Source: Fibrobacteria bacterium (GTDB lineage Bacteria > Fibrobacterota > Fibrobacteria > UBA11236). From it: a DNA stretch of 22,810 nt. The stretch covers positions 1 through 22,810 of the forward strand of contig JAYTHY010000111.1 of NCBI GenBank assembly GCA_043732185.1, written 5' to 3'. Shown in pieces: positions 8,122 to 17,131 of this stretch. How positions within the stretch are numbered: position 1 is the stretch's first letter; every line of letters starts with the position of its first letter. The notes beneath the pieces were generated by a model, which saw only the letters and a program-made list of their open reading frames with translations, made no database searches and was not told the DNA's origin. A program made the translations under genes and the position numbers.

Positions 8122-9144
8122 CTAGTTCAGAAGTCGAATCTCCATCGGCTTTTCCTGATTGAAATCCTGCTCAGTGCCTTTGAAGGCTTCCAGATTCTCA
8201 AGCGTATATTGCACTTCTTTTATCTGCGTAGTTGCGGCACCTTTTCCGACCAAAAATTCCACTAACGTTTTCGAACGCGCCTGCAATTGATTTAGATAGT
8301 CTTCCTTCTTTTTACCCTTATAGGAAGTAAATAACCGGATTTCCACCTGCTTCTCCGGATACTCCTTGAGCTGTTTAGCGATATATTCTAGAGGTGGTTC
8401 TGCTTCTACCGTTAATTCTGCTGTTGAGGGACGGAAGCGCACGAGAGGATAGCTTTGACTGGCCAGGAACGCGGGCATGGCCTTATCCGGGCATCCATCC
8501 TCGTCTTCAACCCCGTTCATGGTCTCGGCTTCATTCGGACATTTGTCGATTTCATCCTTTAGACCATCTTTGTCATTGTCAGCCTCCGGACAGCCATCCT
8601 CATCCTCAAAATTATCTTTGTCCTCGGCTACTTCCCCGCATTTATCAGAACCCTTACAAACATTGGCGTACTTGGCGGACTGTACTTTTTCACTGACCCA
8701 TGCATCGCAAATCCCATCCTTGTCGTTATCGGGTTCAGGACAGCCGTCATTATCTTCAAACCCATCCATGTCCTCAGCGTCATTGGGGCACTTGTCCTTA
8801 AGGTCCGGAATTCCGTCCTTATCGTTATCCAAATCTGGGCAGCCATCATCATCCTGATAGCCGTCCTTATCTTCGGGCACTTCTACGCATTTGTCCACGC
8901 CATGGCAAACTCCGGCGTATTTTGTGGTTTGGCCTTTTACGGTGACCCACGCATCGCAAAGTCCGTCCTTATCATTGTCCGGATCCGGACAACCGTCTTG
9001 GTCCTCGAATCCATCCTGATCCTCTGCGTCTTTGGGACACAAATCGTATTTGTTGGGAATGCCATCGTCATCGGAATCGAATGCGTGGATGGGTCTAGCT
9101 AATAATGCCCCAGCCATAATAATTGCCGCGTTCAAGTATTTCAT
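8122..9144 (-). CDS. Exported thrombospondin type 3 (Ca-binding) repeat protein with degenerate OmpA-like C-terminal domain
   Basis: Signal peptide ending IHA. Repeated D-x-D-x-DG-x-x-D-x-x-D-x-CP and ED-x-DG(F/Y)-x-D-x-DGCP motifs. The tail VRF-x-x-STAEL...L-x-x-IA-x-x-LK-x-YP...VEI...ARS-x-x-LV-x-FLV-x-KG resembles OmpA_C. Confidence 0.8.
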   Translation of the reverse strand: MKYLNAAIIMAGALLARPIHAFDSDDDGIPNKYDLCPKDAEDQDGFEDQDGCPDPDNDKDGLCDAWVTVKGQTTKYAGVCHGVDKCVEVPEDKDGYQDDDGCPDLDNDKDGIPDLKDKCPNDAEDMDGFEDNDGCPEPDNDKDGICDAWVSEKVQSAKYANVCKGSDKCGEVAEDKDNFEDEDGCPEADNDKDGLKDEIDKCPNEAETMNGVEDEDGCPDKAMPAFLASQSYPLVRFRPSTAELTVEAEPPLEYIAKQLKEYPEKQVEIRLFTSYKGKKKEDYLNQLQARSKTLVEFLVGKGAATTQIKEVQYTLENLEAFKGTEQDFNQEKPMEIRLLN

Positions 9145-9198
9145 TGGAATACTCCCATATCGTTGGTCCGTTTGTCGTAAAAGCTGGAAAATGCCAGT

Positions 9199-10422
9199 TC
9201 AAAATACAAACTCGTCCCGGCTTTGTCTGGGTGGCCGTAAGAGCAGAAACGCGTAAACAGCCACAGGCACAGCTATCATTCCGGATAGGAGAAATACTGC
9301 CCGCAAGGAAAAAACCTGCCATACCCAGCCTGCTGTCAGGCCTGCGAGGGCTGAAGGAAGGCCCGCGTAAAAAACTCCGCTGAGAGTCTGGAGCGAGGCG
9401 CGATCTTCCCGATTGTAATTGCGGTCGAGGTAAATGCTGAATCCAGTCAAGGCCCCAGAAAAAAACCAGCCATGCATGGTTAGCGCCAAATAAAACTGCC
9501 AAAGCGTTCCGGCCGCGGCCAATCCAACGAGCTTAATCAAGGTGCCGAAAACCCCTAATGCCAGAACCGGGCGTAAGCCATACTTAGTCAGTATCCGGGC
9601 ACACATGAGCATCAAGGGCACTTCACAAGCCGTGGAAACCACCCAAGCCAGACTGATGGTAGTCTGCCCCCCATGCCAACGATGGAACAAATAATTTCCC
9701 TGAACACCGGTTGCCAACGCATTAGCGAAATTCATAAGGCCAAGCACCAGCAACAATCTTAAAGTAGTTGGACGTTTGAGCAGGCGCAGAGCCTGCATAA
9801 AACTTGGTGCAGAAGGGGAGATGCTTTGAAGAGGCATCACGGTTGCCAATCCTGTTTTCAGCTGCCGATAATTTTGAAAGACGATAATCGATGCTATCAG
9901 CAAAGCTGTAGAAAAACCTTTATAAAGCAGCGGCAAATCGGTTAGCGATGAAAAGAAAATACTGACCAAGCACCCTACCAGAAAACCCAATGTTCCCAAA
10001 CTACGGATGCGAAAAAAAACATCGTGACCCAAATCGCGCATGGCTTCAAAAGTGTAAGCGGCGTTCAATGGAAAAATTGCGGCTGCACAAAAGGAAAATA
10101 CGGGAAAAAGAATCAGGAAAGCATGAAAGCTTTGCATCTGTGGGAGCAGTGCCAAGGCAATTGCCGCCCCCAAAATCATAAGCAGCAAGGGGATTCTAGT
10201 TCTATCAAACTTTCGAATGATGAAAACCTGGAGTAGCGGCGAGAGGATGGCGGCACCTTGTCCGGTCATGAGCAGAATCCCGATTTGCAAACCGCGGATG
10301 CCTTTGCTTTCGAACAAATAGGAATGGAATTGGGCCGCAGAGAGTCCGCTGAAGATGAGGAACATGGTGAGGCCTACTCCAAAGAGCGTCGCCCCAGACC
10401 GATTTTCCCCACTTGCATGCAA
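9199..10422 (-). CDS. Major facilitator superfamily transporter (MFS_1-like)
   Basis: About 12 hydrophobic segments in a 6+6 arrangement, with RIRSLGTLGF and STACEVPLM motifs typical of LacY/NupG/HcaT-related families. Substrate unknown. Confidence 0.85.
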   Translation of the reverse strand: MHASGENRSGATLFGVGLTMFLIFSGLSAAQFHSYLFESKGIRGLQIGILLMTGQGAAILSPLLQVFIIRKFDRTRIPLLLMILGAAIALALLPQMQSFHAFLILFPVFSFCAAAIFPLNAAYTFEAMRDLGHDVFFRIRSLGTLGFLVGCLVSIFFSSLTDLPLLYKGFSTALLIASIIVFQNYRQLKTGLATVMPLQSISPSAPSFMQALRLLKRPTTLRLLLVLGLMNFANALATGVQGNYLFHRWHGGQTTISLAWVVSTACEVPLMLMCARILTKYGLRPVLALGVFGTLIKLVGLAAAGTLWQFYLALTMHGWFFSGALTGFSIYLDRNYNREDRASLQTLSGVFYAGLPSALAGLTAGWVWQVFSLRAVFLLSGMIAVPVAVYAFLLLRPPRQSRDEFVF

Positions 10423-10531
10423 TCGCTTACCCGGGACAAGTATAGCAAACCAGCACTTTCTGGTTCACCTGTAAGCGTGCAGTCCTGCACCAATTTGCAA
10501 GGTACTGGATGCAGGCTGCCCACTCCACAAT

Positions 10532-12712
10532 TTATCGCGTTGGGTCCCAGGTAAAGATCCGCGATTGCAAGCCGCCGGATGTTTGGACGCGCAGCAGATA
10601 TTGACCCACACCGAGTATACGGCCTTGCTTATCTCGTCCATCCCATACCCAGCGTGCCATGGCCTGGGCCCGGGCGCTCGGTTGAAAATGGAATACCAGT
10701 CGGCCATGCATATCATAGATGCGAATGGATTCCACCTTAACGGTCGCCATCCAATCCAGATACAGTAAACCGCCATGTAGGCTCAACCCAAAAGAAAGCC
10801 GTCGACCGAATTGCGCTGGAAATTCTGAATACGTAGGTAGCCCCCCGGAAATGCTATTGTCCTTTGTCGCCGCTTGGGCCGTCGAGGCTAGGAAAGCCGT
10901 ATAGGCGCACAAAACCTGATACTCCAGGGACAGCCCAACGATGGCGTCCTTATTGGCTTCTGTTGTACCTTGTGCCAATACCAACTGATCTATTTTCTCA
11001 CGCGCCCAAAGCTTGGGAACAGCCCACGACAAGGCATCTGATGCAGAAAAATCAATAGACTTGGAAAAAGAAACGGGCTTTCCACTTTGGTCTCCCGTCA
11101 AGGTCAGTGTATGCACCCCTCCCCCCGTGAACTTTCCCGATACGCGGTAGGGCAAGCCTAGATAAAGCCGATTGGAAATCGGGTAAAGGAGATCGGATGT
11201 CGCCAAGCCACCAAAAGAAACCTGAAGATTTTCCATTTGTGGAGCTTGAATGCGCTTCCACGCAGCATCTACCAGGGGTCCCACGGCATCCCCTTCGACC
11301 ATGGGCGTTGCGAACCCATTGCCAACTTTGGCGCATTCCTCCAAGAAATATCGGTTGAGACTATTGCCCGCACCAAAAGTGAAAATGGTAGGGTTGGAAG
11401 GGTGTCCGGAGATGGCCGACAGTATCGCCGTTTCATTGGTAATAAAACCATCAGTTAGAAAAACGAAAATACGCTGTTTGTCCGCCTTCACCGGCACAGT
11501 CAAAGCCGCGTTGACAGCCGCCAACAATTGGGTGCTGCCCATCACATTAAGCCCGCGCACAAAGGCTTCGCCGGTGGCAATATTTTGGGGCGTAGCCGGA
11601 ACAGGTGTGCCGCTTCCATAGGCATAGTAGACATTATCGCTAAAGGCCAGTACATCGACATTGTCATTCGGCGTTAGGCGCGAAAGGATGTTGAGCGATA
11701 TTTCCTTTTCCCTGGCCAGTGGCCAGCCTGTTTGTGAGCCGGAGATATCCATGAGCAGTACCACTTCCAAGTTGGGCCGAGAACCCGCAAACAGGCTCGG
11801 ATCTGGAAAAAGATTGAGCATGAAAAAACCCTGTCCTTTGGGATCCTGGGAAACCGCCAAGGAAAATTCAGGCGCGGTTTGGGCGCGCTTGAGCCTCAGT
11901 ACATAATCGCGGTTGGGATACGTATTTTGAGAAACAAGCAGTACGCTCCGCACAAAAGAAAGTTTCGGCATTACGTCTCCACCCAGTACTTGCCTTTCCA
12001 TCAGGATGTTTTTGGTTGTAGTCCATTCACCGACCTCAATAGGATGGGACGGAGAAGAAATGGCGCTCAGTGCCACACCGGATTCAACCAAGACATTGAA
12101 TTGGAATTCTGGCCCCGTCCTATTCTCAGGTGGATTCCAAGGGTCGTTCGCAGTGGGGGAAGTGGACGATGGATAACGCTGACCGATTCGAGTTGGAAAG
12201 GCAAGCTCCATTTCTCCATCCACAATTTTGAGCGGCATGGATAATTTTGTTTCGATATAAGCGGTATCCCCTGCACCCATGGTTGCAATCCGCTGCATAA
12301 AGATGTTCGGTTTTTCTTGCAAAAGCAGGGCAGCCTGCCCGCCGGAATTTTTGATCGAATCATACTTGGCTTGAGCTTTGGATCGTTCCATGATCTCGGC
12401 CACATAAATCGAGTCATGGTATTCATATTTCATTCCATGCACGCTGCCTTGATCCGGCAAGGGGAAAATATAGACCGCTTCGCTTTTCGAGTGAAATGGG
12501 TTTACGAATTTCTGAGTAACCACCACTTGGGCAATGGCATCGGTTACCACGACGTTGACGCGCGTGAAAGTCGGTGAAATCGCTACTTGGACATTGCGAA
12601 CAGGATCGATCATGCCACAAAAAGATCCATGCAAGGAATCAAGTGGGATTTGGCCCAAAGCCAATCCCGCTGCCCATAGGAAAACTATTCGGAAAAGTCC
12701 TTTGCCTAGCAT
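10532..12712 (-). CDS. Secreted VIT + von Willebrand factor A domain protein with FlgD-Ig/T9SS-like C-terminal domain
   Basis: VIT motifs (VVVTQKFVNP...EAVYIFPLP...GGQAALL...NIF). vWA MIDAS DISGS...T...LTDG and WAREKI...YTAFLA. Tail IRIYDMHGRLV...WDGRDKQGR...GQYLLRV. Start moved to ATG 12712, which has a GAGAGG RBS followed by a signal peptide. Confidence 0.88.
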   Translation of the reverse strand: MLGKGLFRIVFLWAAGLALGQIPLDSLHGSFCGMIDPVRNVQVAISPTFTRVNVVVTDAIAQVVVTQKFVNPFHSKSEAVYIFPLPDQGSVHGMKYEYHDSIYVAEIMERSKAQAKYDSIKNSGGQAALLLQEKPNIFMQRIATMGAGDTAYIETKLSMPLKIVDGEMELAFPTRIGQRYPSSTSPTANDPWNPPENRTGPEFQFNVLVESGVALSAISSPSHPIEVGEWTTTKNILMERQVLGGDVMPKLSFVRSVLLVSQNTYPNRDYVLRLKRAQTAPEFSLAVSQDPKGQGFFMLNLFPDPSLFAGSRPNLEVVLLMDISGSQTGWPLAREKEISLNILSRLTPNDNVDVLAFSDNVYYAYGSGTPVPATPQNIATGEAFVRGLNVMGSTQLLAAVNAALTVPVKADKQRIFVFLTDGFITNETAILSAISGHPSNPTIFTFGAGNSLNRYFLEECAKVGNGFATPMVEGDAVGPLVDAAWKRIQAPQMENLQVSFGGLATSDLLYPISNRLYLGLPYRVSGKFTGGGVHTLTLTGDQSGKPVSFSKSIDFSASDALSWAVPKLWAREKIDQLVLAQGTTEANKDAIVGLSLEYQVLCAYTAFLASTAQAATKDNSISGGLPTYSEFPAQFGRRLSFGLSLHGGLLYLDWMATVKVESIRIYDMHGRLVFHFQPSARAQAMARWVWDGRDKQGRILGVGQYLLRVQTSGGLQSRIFTWDPTR

Positions 12713-12908
12713 GTGCGCCTCTCGGAAATGTTTCCGAGTAAACACATCAAAAGACATGCCACACATTAGACTGCTAATTGTCAGGGGAATTCACAAGAAT
12801 CTGCTCAACAGCAGCAAATCCGGCCGCAATTGCGCAGTATTCACCCAGCAAGAGTGAAGTGCCCGGTCAATAGTTAATCGAAATTTTTATGAAACGGGAT
12901 AGATAGGA

Positions 12909-14075
12909 TTAGCGAACTGGGCCGCTATAGAGATAGGAAGGCCGGACAATTGGAATGCCTTTACCGCCTCGGGCTTCTTTCCGTTCCCAAACTATTTGGC
13001 CGGCAATGCCGACGCAACGAGATAACCCGAATAATACGGTGTAATAATTCTCATCCTTTAGGCCACATGCGCTCAGCAGACAACCGGATACGGCATCCAC
13101 ATTGGGATAGGGATCCGCCGCTTTCCCCTTCTTCTTGAGAATGTCACTTCCCACCTTACGCAGCGTGACGGCTAGACGGAAAATAGGATCCTGCGGGGCA
13201 ATTTTTTCGCCAAGCTCGTATTGAACCGTTGCACGCGGATCTTCAACCCGTAATACAGCATGTCCAAAACCGTATAGCACCCCACCTTTGGCAAGCAAAT
13301 TTTCGACGTAGGCATAAACCGTGGCTTCGTCAGAAGGATCTTTAATGTCCTTGCTGATTTCCTTGAGAAAACGAAGACATTCCTGGTTCGCCATTCCATG
13401 CAAGGGACCTGCGAGGGCCGCCATGGCGCCTACCAAGGAACCATACATATCTTCGTGACCGGAGGCGATGGCCTTGCCTACAAAGGTCGAAAGGTTTCCA
13501 CCGCCATGATCGAAATGGAGGATGGCAAATACCCGCATCATATGAACCAAATCCGGAGACGCGTTAGGCGCTCCCAGCATATGAACGAAGTTTTCCACCC
13601 ATCCTAACTCTGGTTTGGAAGCAATGGGCTCGCCCCACCCAGAACGAATGCGGAATATGGCTGCCACCGCCTCGGGCAATTGACCAATGACACTTATATA
13701 GTCCTTAGTATAATCACCCGTTCCGTACATACCCATCACATTAATCGCAGCCAGCAACCACTTCATGGGATGCCCCTCTTTGGGCAGGCTGCGCAAATGG
13801 GCTATCACTCCCGGATGGAGCTTAGAGTTCGCAATGATATCCTGCTTAAAGGCCGCTAACTGGGCGGGATTGGGCAGATCCCTTTTAAGTAGGAGGTACA
13901 TGACGGCTTCGGGTTCTTTTTCAGAAAGTTCGGGAATGGCGTAGCCGCCATAGAAAAGACCCAACATGGGATCGACATGGCTATTTGGGCAGGTTCCCAC
14001 TGGGAATCCTCGCAATCCGGTATCCAAAAGATCCCGGGTTATTTTGAAGAGGACTTCACTTTCGGCCATTTCCAT
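12909..14075 (-). CDS. gltA: Citrate synthase (eukaryotic/mitochondrial-like type)
   Basis: Motifs LHFDHGGGN, catalytic GPLHGMANQE, GFGHAVLR-x-x-DPR, PNVD and YYTVLFGLSR. The start may instead be ATG 14069. Confidence 0.93.
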   Translation of the reverse strand: MEMAESEVLFKITRDLLDTGLRGFPVGTCPNSHVDPMLGLFYGGYAIPELSEKEPEAVMYLLLKRDLPNPAQLAAFKQDIIANSKLHPGVIAHLRSLPKEGHPMKWLLAAINVMGMYGTGDYTKDYISVIGQLPEAVAAIFRIRSGWGEPIASKPELGWVENFVHMLGAPNASPDLVHMMRVFAILHFDHGGGNLSTFVGKAIASGHEDMYGSLVGAMAALAGPLHGMANQECLRFLKEISKDIKDPSDEATVYAYVENLLAKGGVLYGFGHAVLRVEDPRATVQYELGEKIAPQDPIFRLAVTLRKVGSDILKKKGKAADPYPNVDAVSGCLLSACGLKDENYYTVLFGLSRCVGIAGQIVWERKEARGGKGIPIVRPSYLYSGPVR

Positions 14076-14131
14076 TTCCCTTCAACTTTAACTTCGACTT
14101 TAAAACTTCACTCTATTTCCGAATGTTCTGC

Positions 14132-15388
14132 TTAAATAGCTTCGGCAATCAGTCGGCCGAATTCGGAACATTTTACTTCACGGGCTCCAGCCATCTGGCG
14201 GGCTAGGTCGTAGGTAACCGTGCCTTTGGAAATGGTTTGACTCAATGCAGATATAATCCGTGCCGCGACTTCATCCCAACCCAAATGTTGAAACAACATG
14301 ACACCAGACAGAATTACCGATCCGGGATTGATTTTATCCAGTCCCGCATATTTGGGTGCTGTTCCATGGGTGGCTTCAAAAACGGCTGCTCGGTCACCGA
14401 TATTTGCTCCCGGCGCCAATCCTAATCCGCCAACCTGCGCTGCGCAGGCATCGGACAAATAATCCCCATTCAAATTCAACGTGGCAATTACCGAGTACTC
14501 ATCAGGCCGCAGCAACAATTGTTGGAACATGGCATCGGCAATGCGATCCTGTATTAGGATTTTGCCTTCTGGACGCTTTCCATTGTGTTTTTCCCACATC
14601 TCGGCTTCACTGATGATCTGGCCACCAAACTCTTCCTTGGCGATTTCATAACCCCATTTCATAAAGCCACCTTCCGTGTACTTCATGATATTGCCCTTAT
14701 GCACCAAGGTCACCACTGGTAATTTCTTTTCAATGGCATAACGAATGGCCCGGGCAATGAGCCGCTTAGACCCAAACGCAGAAACCGGCTTGATGCCTAT
14801 GGCGCTGTCCTCGCGCAAAATCTTTTTGGGCATTTTTTGTTTGATCAAGGCAATGATGTCTTTGGCATCCTGGGTATTGGCATCGAACTCAATTCCGGAA
14901 TACACATCTTCGGTATTTTCCCGGAAAATGGTGACATTCAGTTTTTGAGGTTCTTTAACCGGGGCCGGCACCCCATTGAACCAACGCACCGGACGCACGC
15001 AAGCATACAAGTCCAATTCCTGACGCAAAGCCACGTTGATACTGCGGATACCACCACCAATCGGTGTGGTCAAGGGCCCTTTAATGGCTACCTTGAACTC
15101 ACGGATCGCTTCCAAAGTCTCCTCAGGCAGCCATTGATCCTTCCCATAGACCTCAACTGATTTCTCCCCAGCATAAATCTCCATCCAGGAAATTTTCTTT
15201 TTGCCTCCGTATACTTTGCGAACAGCTTCTTCAAATACATGCCGTGAAGCTTTCCAAATATCCGGTCCGGTACCGTCCCCTTCAATGAATGGGATGATGG
15301 GATTATCGGGAATGGTGATCCGGTTCTGCGCGTCGATTTGGATGGTTTCGCCATCTTGGGGGACCGAGATATGTTTGTACGCTGCCAT
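14132..15388 (-). CDS. icd: Isocitrate dehydrogenase, homodimeric E. coli type, probably NADP-dependent
   Basis: Motifs [19 protein letters not shown]-x-GGGIRS-x-[21 protein letters not shown] and NGDYLSD. NADP determinants present in HGTAPKY and TVTYDLAR. Start placed at ATG 15388; the ORF track uses 15400. Confidence 0.97.
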   Translation of the reverse strand: MAAYKHISVPQDGETIQIDAQNRITIPDNPIIPFIEGDGTGPDIWKASRHVFEEAVRKVYGGKKKISWMEIYAGEKSVEVYGKDQWLPEETLEAIREFKVAIKGPLTTPIGGGIRSINVALRQELDLYACVRPVRWFNGVPAPVKEPQKLNVTIFRENTEDVYSGIEFDANTQDAKDIIALIKQKMPKKILREDSAIGIKPVSAFGSKRLIARAIRYAIEKKLPVVTLVHKGNIMKYTEGGFMKWGYEIAKEEFGGQIISEAEMWEKHNGKRPEGKILIQDRIADAMFQQLLLRPDEYSVIATLNLNGDYLSDACAAQVGGLGLAPGANIGDRAAVFEATHGTAPKYAGLDKINPGSVILSGVMLFQHLGWDEVAARIISALSQTISKGTVTYDLARQMAGAREVKCSEFGRLIAEAI

Positions 15389-15554
15389 GGATTTTCTCAC
15401 TGTTTTCTGAGTTTAAGCTGGATCATTACCTGATTCCAAATATAGTACGAAGGCGGGAAATTAGCTAAAATTTGCCATCACAAATAGGCCCTAAAGCTGG
15501 ACTTAAATCATTTGCCATTCCGGCAAAACCATGCACCCTTAACGGAAAGGATGC

Positions 15555-17033
15555 TTATTCGGGTTTCCAAGTGCGGATACGCATTTCGTCCGGGAAGACT
15601 TGGGGCTTGAAGATGGATTTGCCCGCTAGTAATCGCAAGCATTCCTGTATGCCTTCGGTTATGGAAGGATGTGGGTGAATTGACTTCATGATGTCGGTGA
15701 CGCCTTTATCCTGATCCATAAGATGGGCAATCACCATGATGGTGTTGGACGCCTGGGGACCTGCCGCGCGCATGCCCAAAATCCGATCCTGTCCGTCATC
15801 GCTGACCAATATTTTGACAAATCCATCAGTGCGGCGCATGGCAATTGCGCGGTTCAGTAGAGCATTGGAATAATAGCCGACTCGGTAGGGGATGTTATTG
15901 GTCCGGCATGTTTGCTCATTGAGACCCACAGCGGCAACCTCGGGATTGAAAAACATGATGGTAGACATGTTGCTGTAACGCAACGGATATTTATTACGCA
16001 AAAACATGGCCTTAACCGCATACCGGCCTTCCATTTCCGCAACATTATAGAGAGCGGAATGCTGGGTCACATCGCCAACGGCAAAAATGCTGCCCTTGAC
16101 TCGGCAGTCGCCGTCGGTATCCAAGCCACCGCGGGAATTTATTTTGATACCCACATTCTCTAATCCCAATTTATTGAGGTTGGGTACCCGGCCAACGCAT
16201 ACCAGGGCCACATCGACTTCCAAAACCATGGTTCGCCCATCTTCATAGTCAATGACGGCCTCCAGATGATCAGGGTGATGGGTGATTTTGCGCATGATGG
16301 AATTATGGTAAACATCTACCCCTCGTGCGGTAAGGTTTGTGTTTACGAACTCGCTGATATCGGCGTCTTCATTTGGAAGAATCCGATCCTGGCGGTCGAG
16401 TAAATGAACCTTGGTCTGATGGTAGTTTGAAAAAATGGTGGCGTATTCACACCCGATAACACCGGCGCCGATAATCAAGATGCGCTTTGGAAAAGCTTTT
16501 AGACTCAGCAGGTCGTCGGAACTGAGAACTCGGTGGTGATCGACCTCTATGCCGGGAAAATCTCGCGGTCGCGATCCCGTGGCAATCACGAAAAAATCGG
16601 CTTTTAGGATTTCGGTGCTGCCATCCGGCTTTGCGATTTCAATGCTTTTATTGTCAATGAAAGTAGCCCAGCCTTTTTTCAAGGTAATGGATCCTGGTCC
16701 CTTCCAGCGAGGGGTAGAAAAGGTCTCAATTTGGGAAAGCATCTGATACTGCTTTTCCTTGGCGGCCTGAATCACGGTATCGCGCACTCTTTCATAATCC
16801 ACAGCGAGATTGGAAGACCGGTACCCGCGGTCCACCGCCGAAGCCACCGCGTAATCCTTGGAAAGCTCCCAAAGCGTTTTTGAAGTCATGGCACCGTGCA
16901 TAATGCCGGCCCCACCGATATTGGCGGCTTCCACCATCGCAACCCGCTTGCCAAAATCGAATCCGCGCATAACAGCCCCAAAGCCGCCGGGTCCGGATCC
17001 AATTACACAAACATCATACTTACCATCGTCCAT
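15555..17033 (-). CDS. Class I pyridine nucleotide-disulfide oxidoreductase homologue (Lpd/SthA-like) lacking the redox-active cysteines
   Basis: FAD motif IGSGPGG, ATGSRP, NAD(P) motif GAGVIGCEYA, FAVGDV and a dimerisation domain ending HPHPSITE. The CxxxxC site reads GIMHGA. Start placed at ATG 17033. Confidence 0.85.
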   Translation of the reverse strand: MDDGKYDVCVIGSGPGGFGAVMRGFDFGKRVAMVEAANIGGAGIMHGAMTSKTLWELSKDYAVASAVDRGYRSSNLAVDYERVRDTVIQAAKEKQYQMLSQIETFSTPRWKGPGSITLKKGWATFIDNKSIEIAKPDGSTEILKADFFVIATGSRPRDFPGIEVDHHRVLSSDDLLSLKAFPKRILIIGAGVIGCEYATIFSNYHQTKVHLLDRQDRILPNEDADISEFVNTNLTARGVDVYHNSIMRKITHHPDHLEAVIDYEDGRTMVLEVDVALVCVGRVPNLNKLGLENVGIKINSRGGLDTDGDCRVKGSIFAVGDVTQHSALYNVAEMEGRYAVKAMFLRNKYPLRYSNMSTIMFFNPEVAAVGLNEQTCRTNNIPYRVGYYSNALLNRAIAMRRTDGFVKILVSDDGQDRILGMRAAGPQASNTIMVIAHLMDQDKGVTDIMKSIHPHPSITEGIQECLRLLAGKSIFKPQVFPDEMRIRTWKPE

Positions 17034-17131
17034 TGCATACCGCCTAATTTTCCACAAGGATACCTATTATACCCGGCAAAATCCATAAATTGAGAGGAGA
17101 AAAAACCTGCCGAGATTTGAAGCCAGCACGC

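Noticed and set aside
8477..9080. Repetitive DNA and a Ser-rich plus-strand ORF as a CRISPR array or separate gene
   Set aside because: The repeats are degenerate and codon-phased, explained by the Asp-rich TSP3 repeats on the minus strand.
15555..17033. Calling this gene lpdA or sthA
   Set aside because: It lacks the CxxxxC required for Lpd and differs from SthA at both the Cys motif and the C-terminus, so the symbol is withheld.
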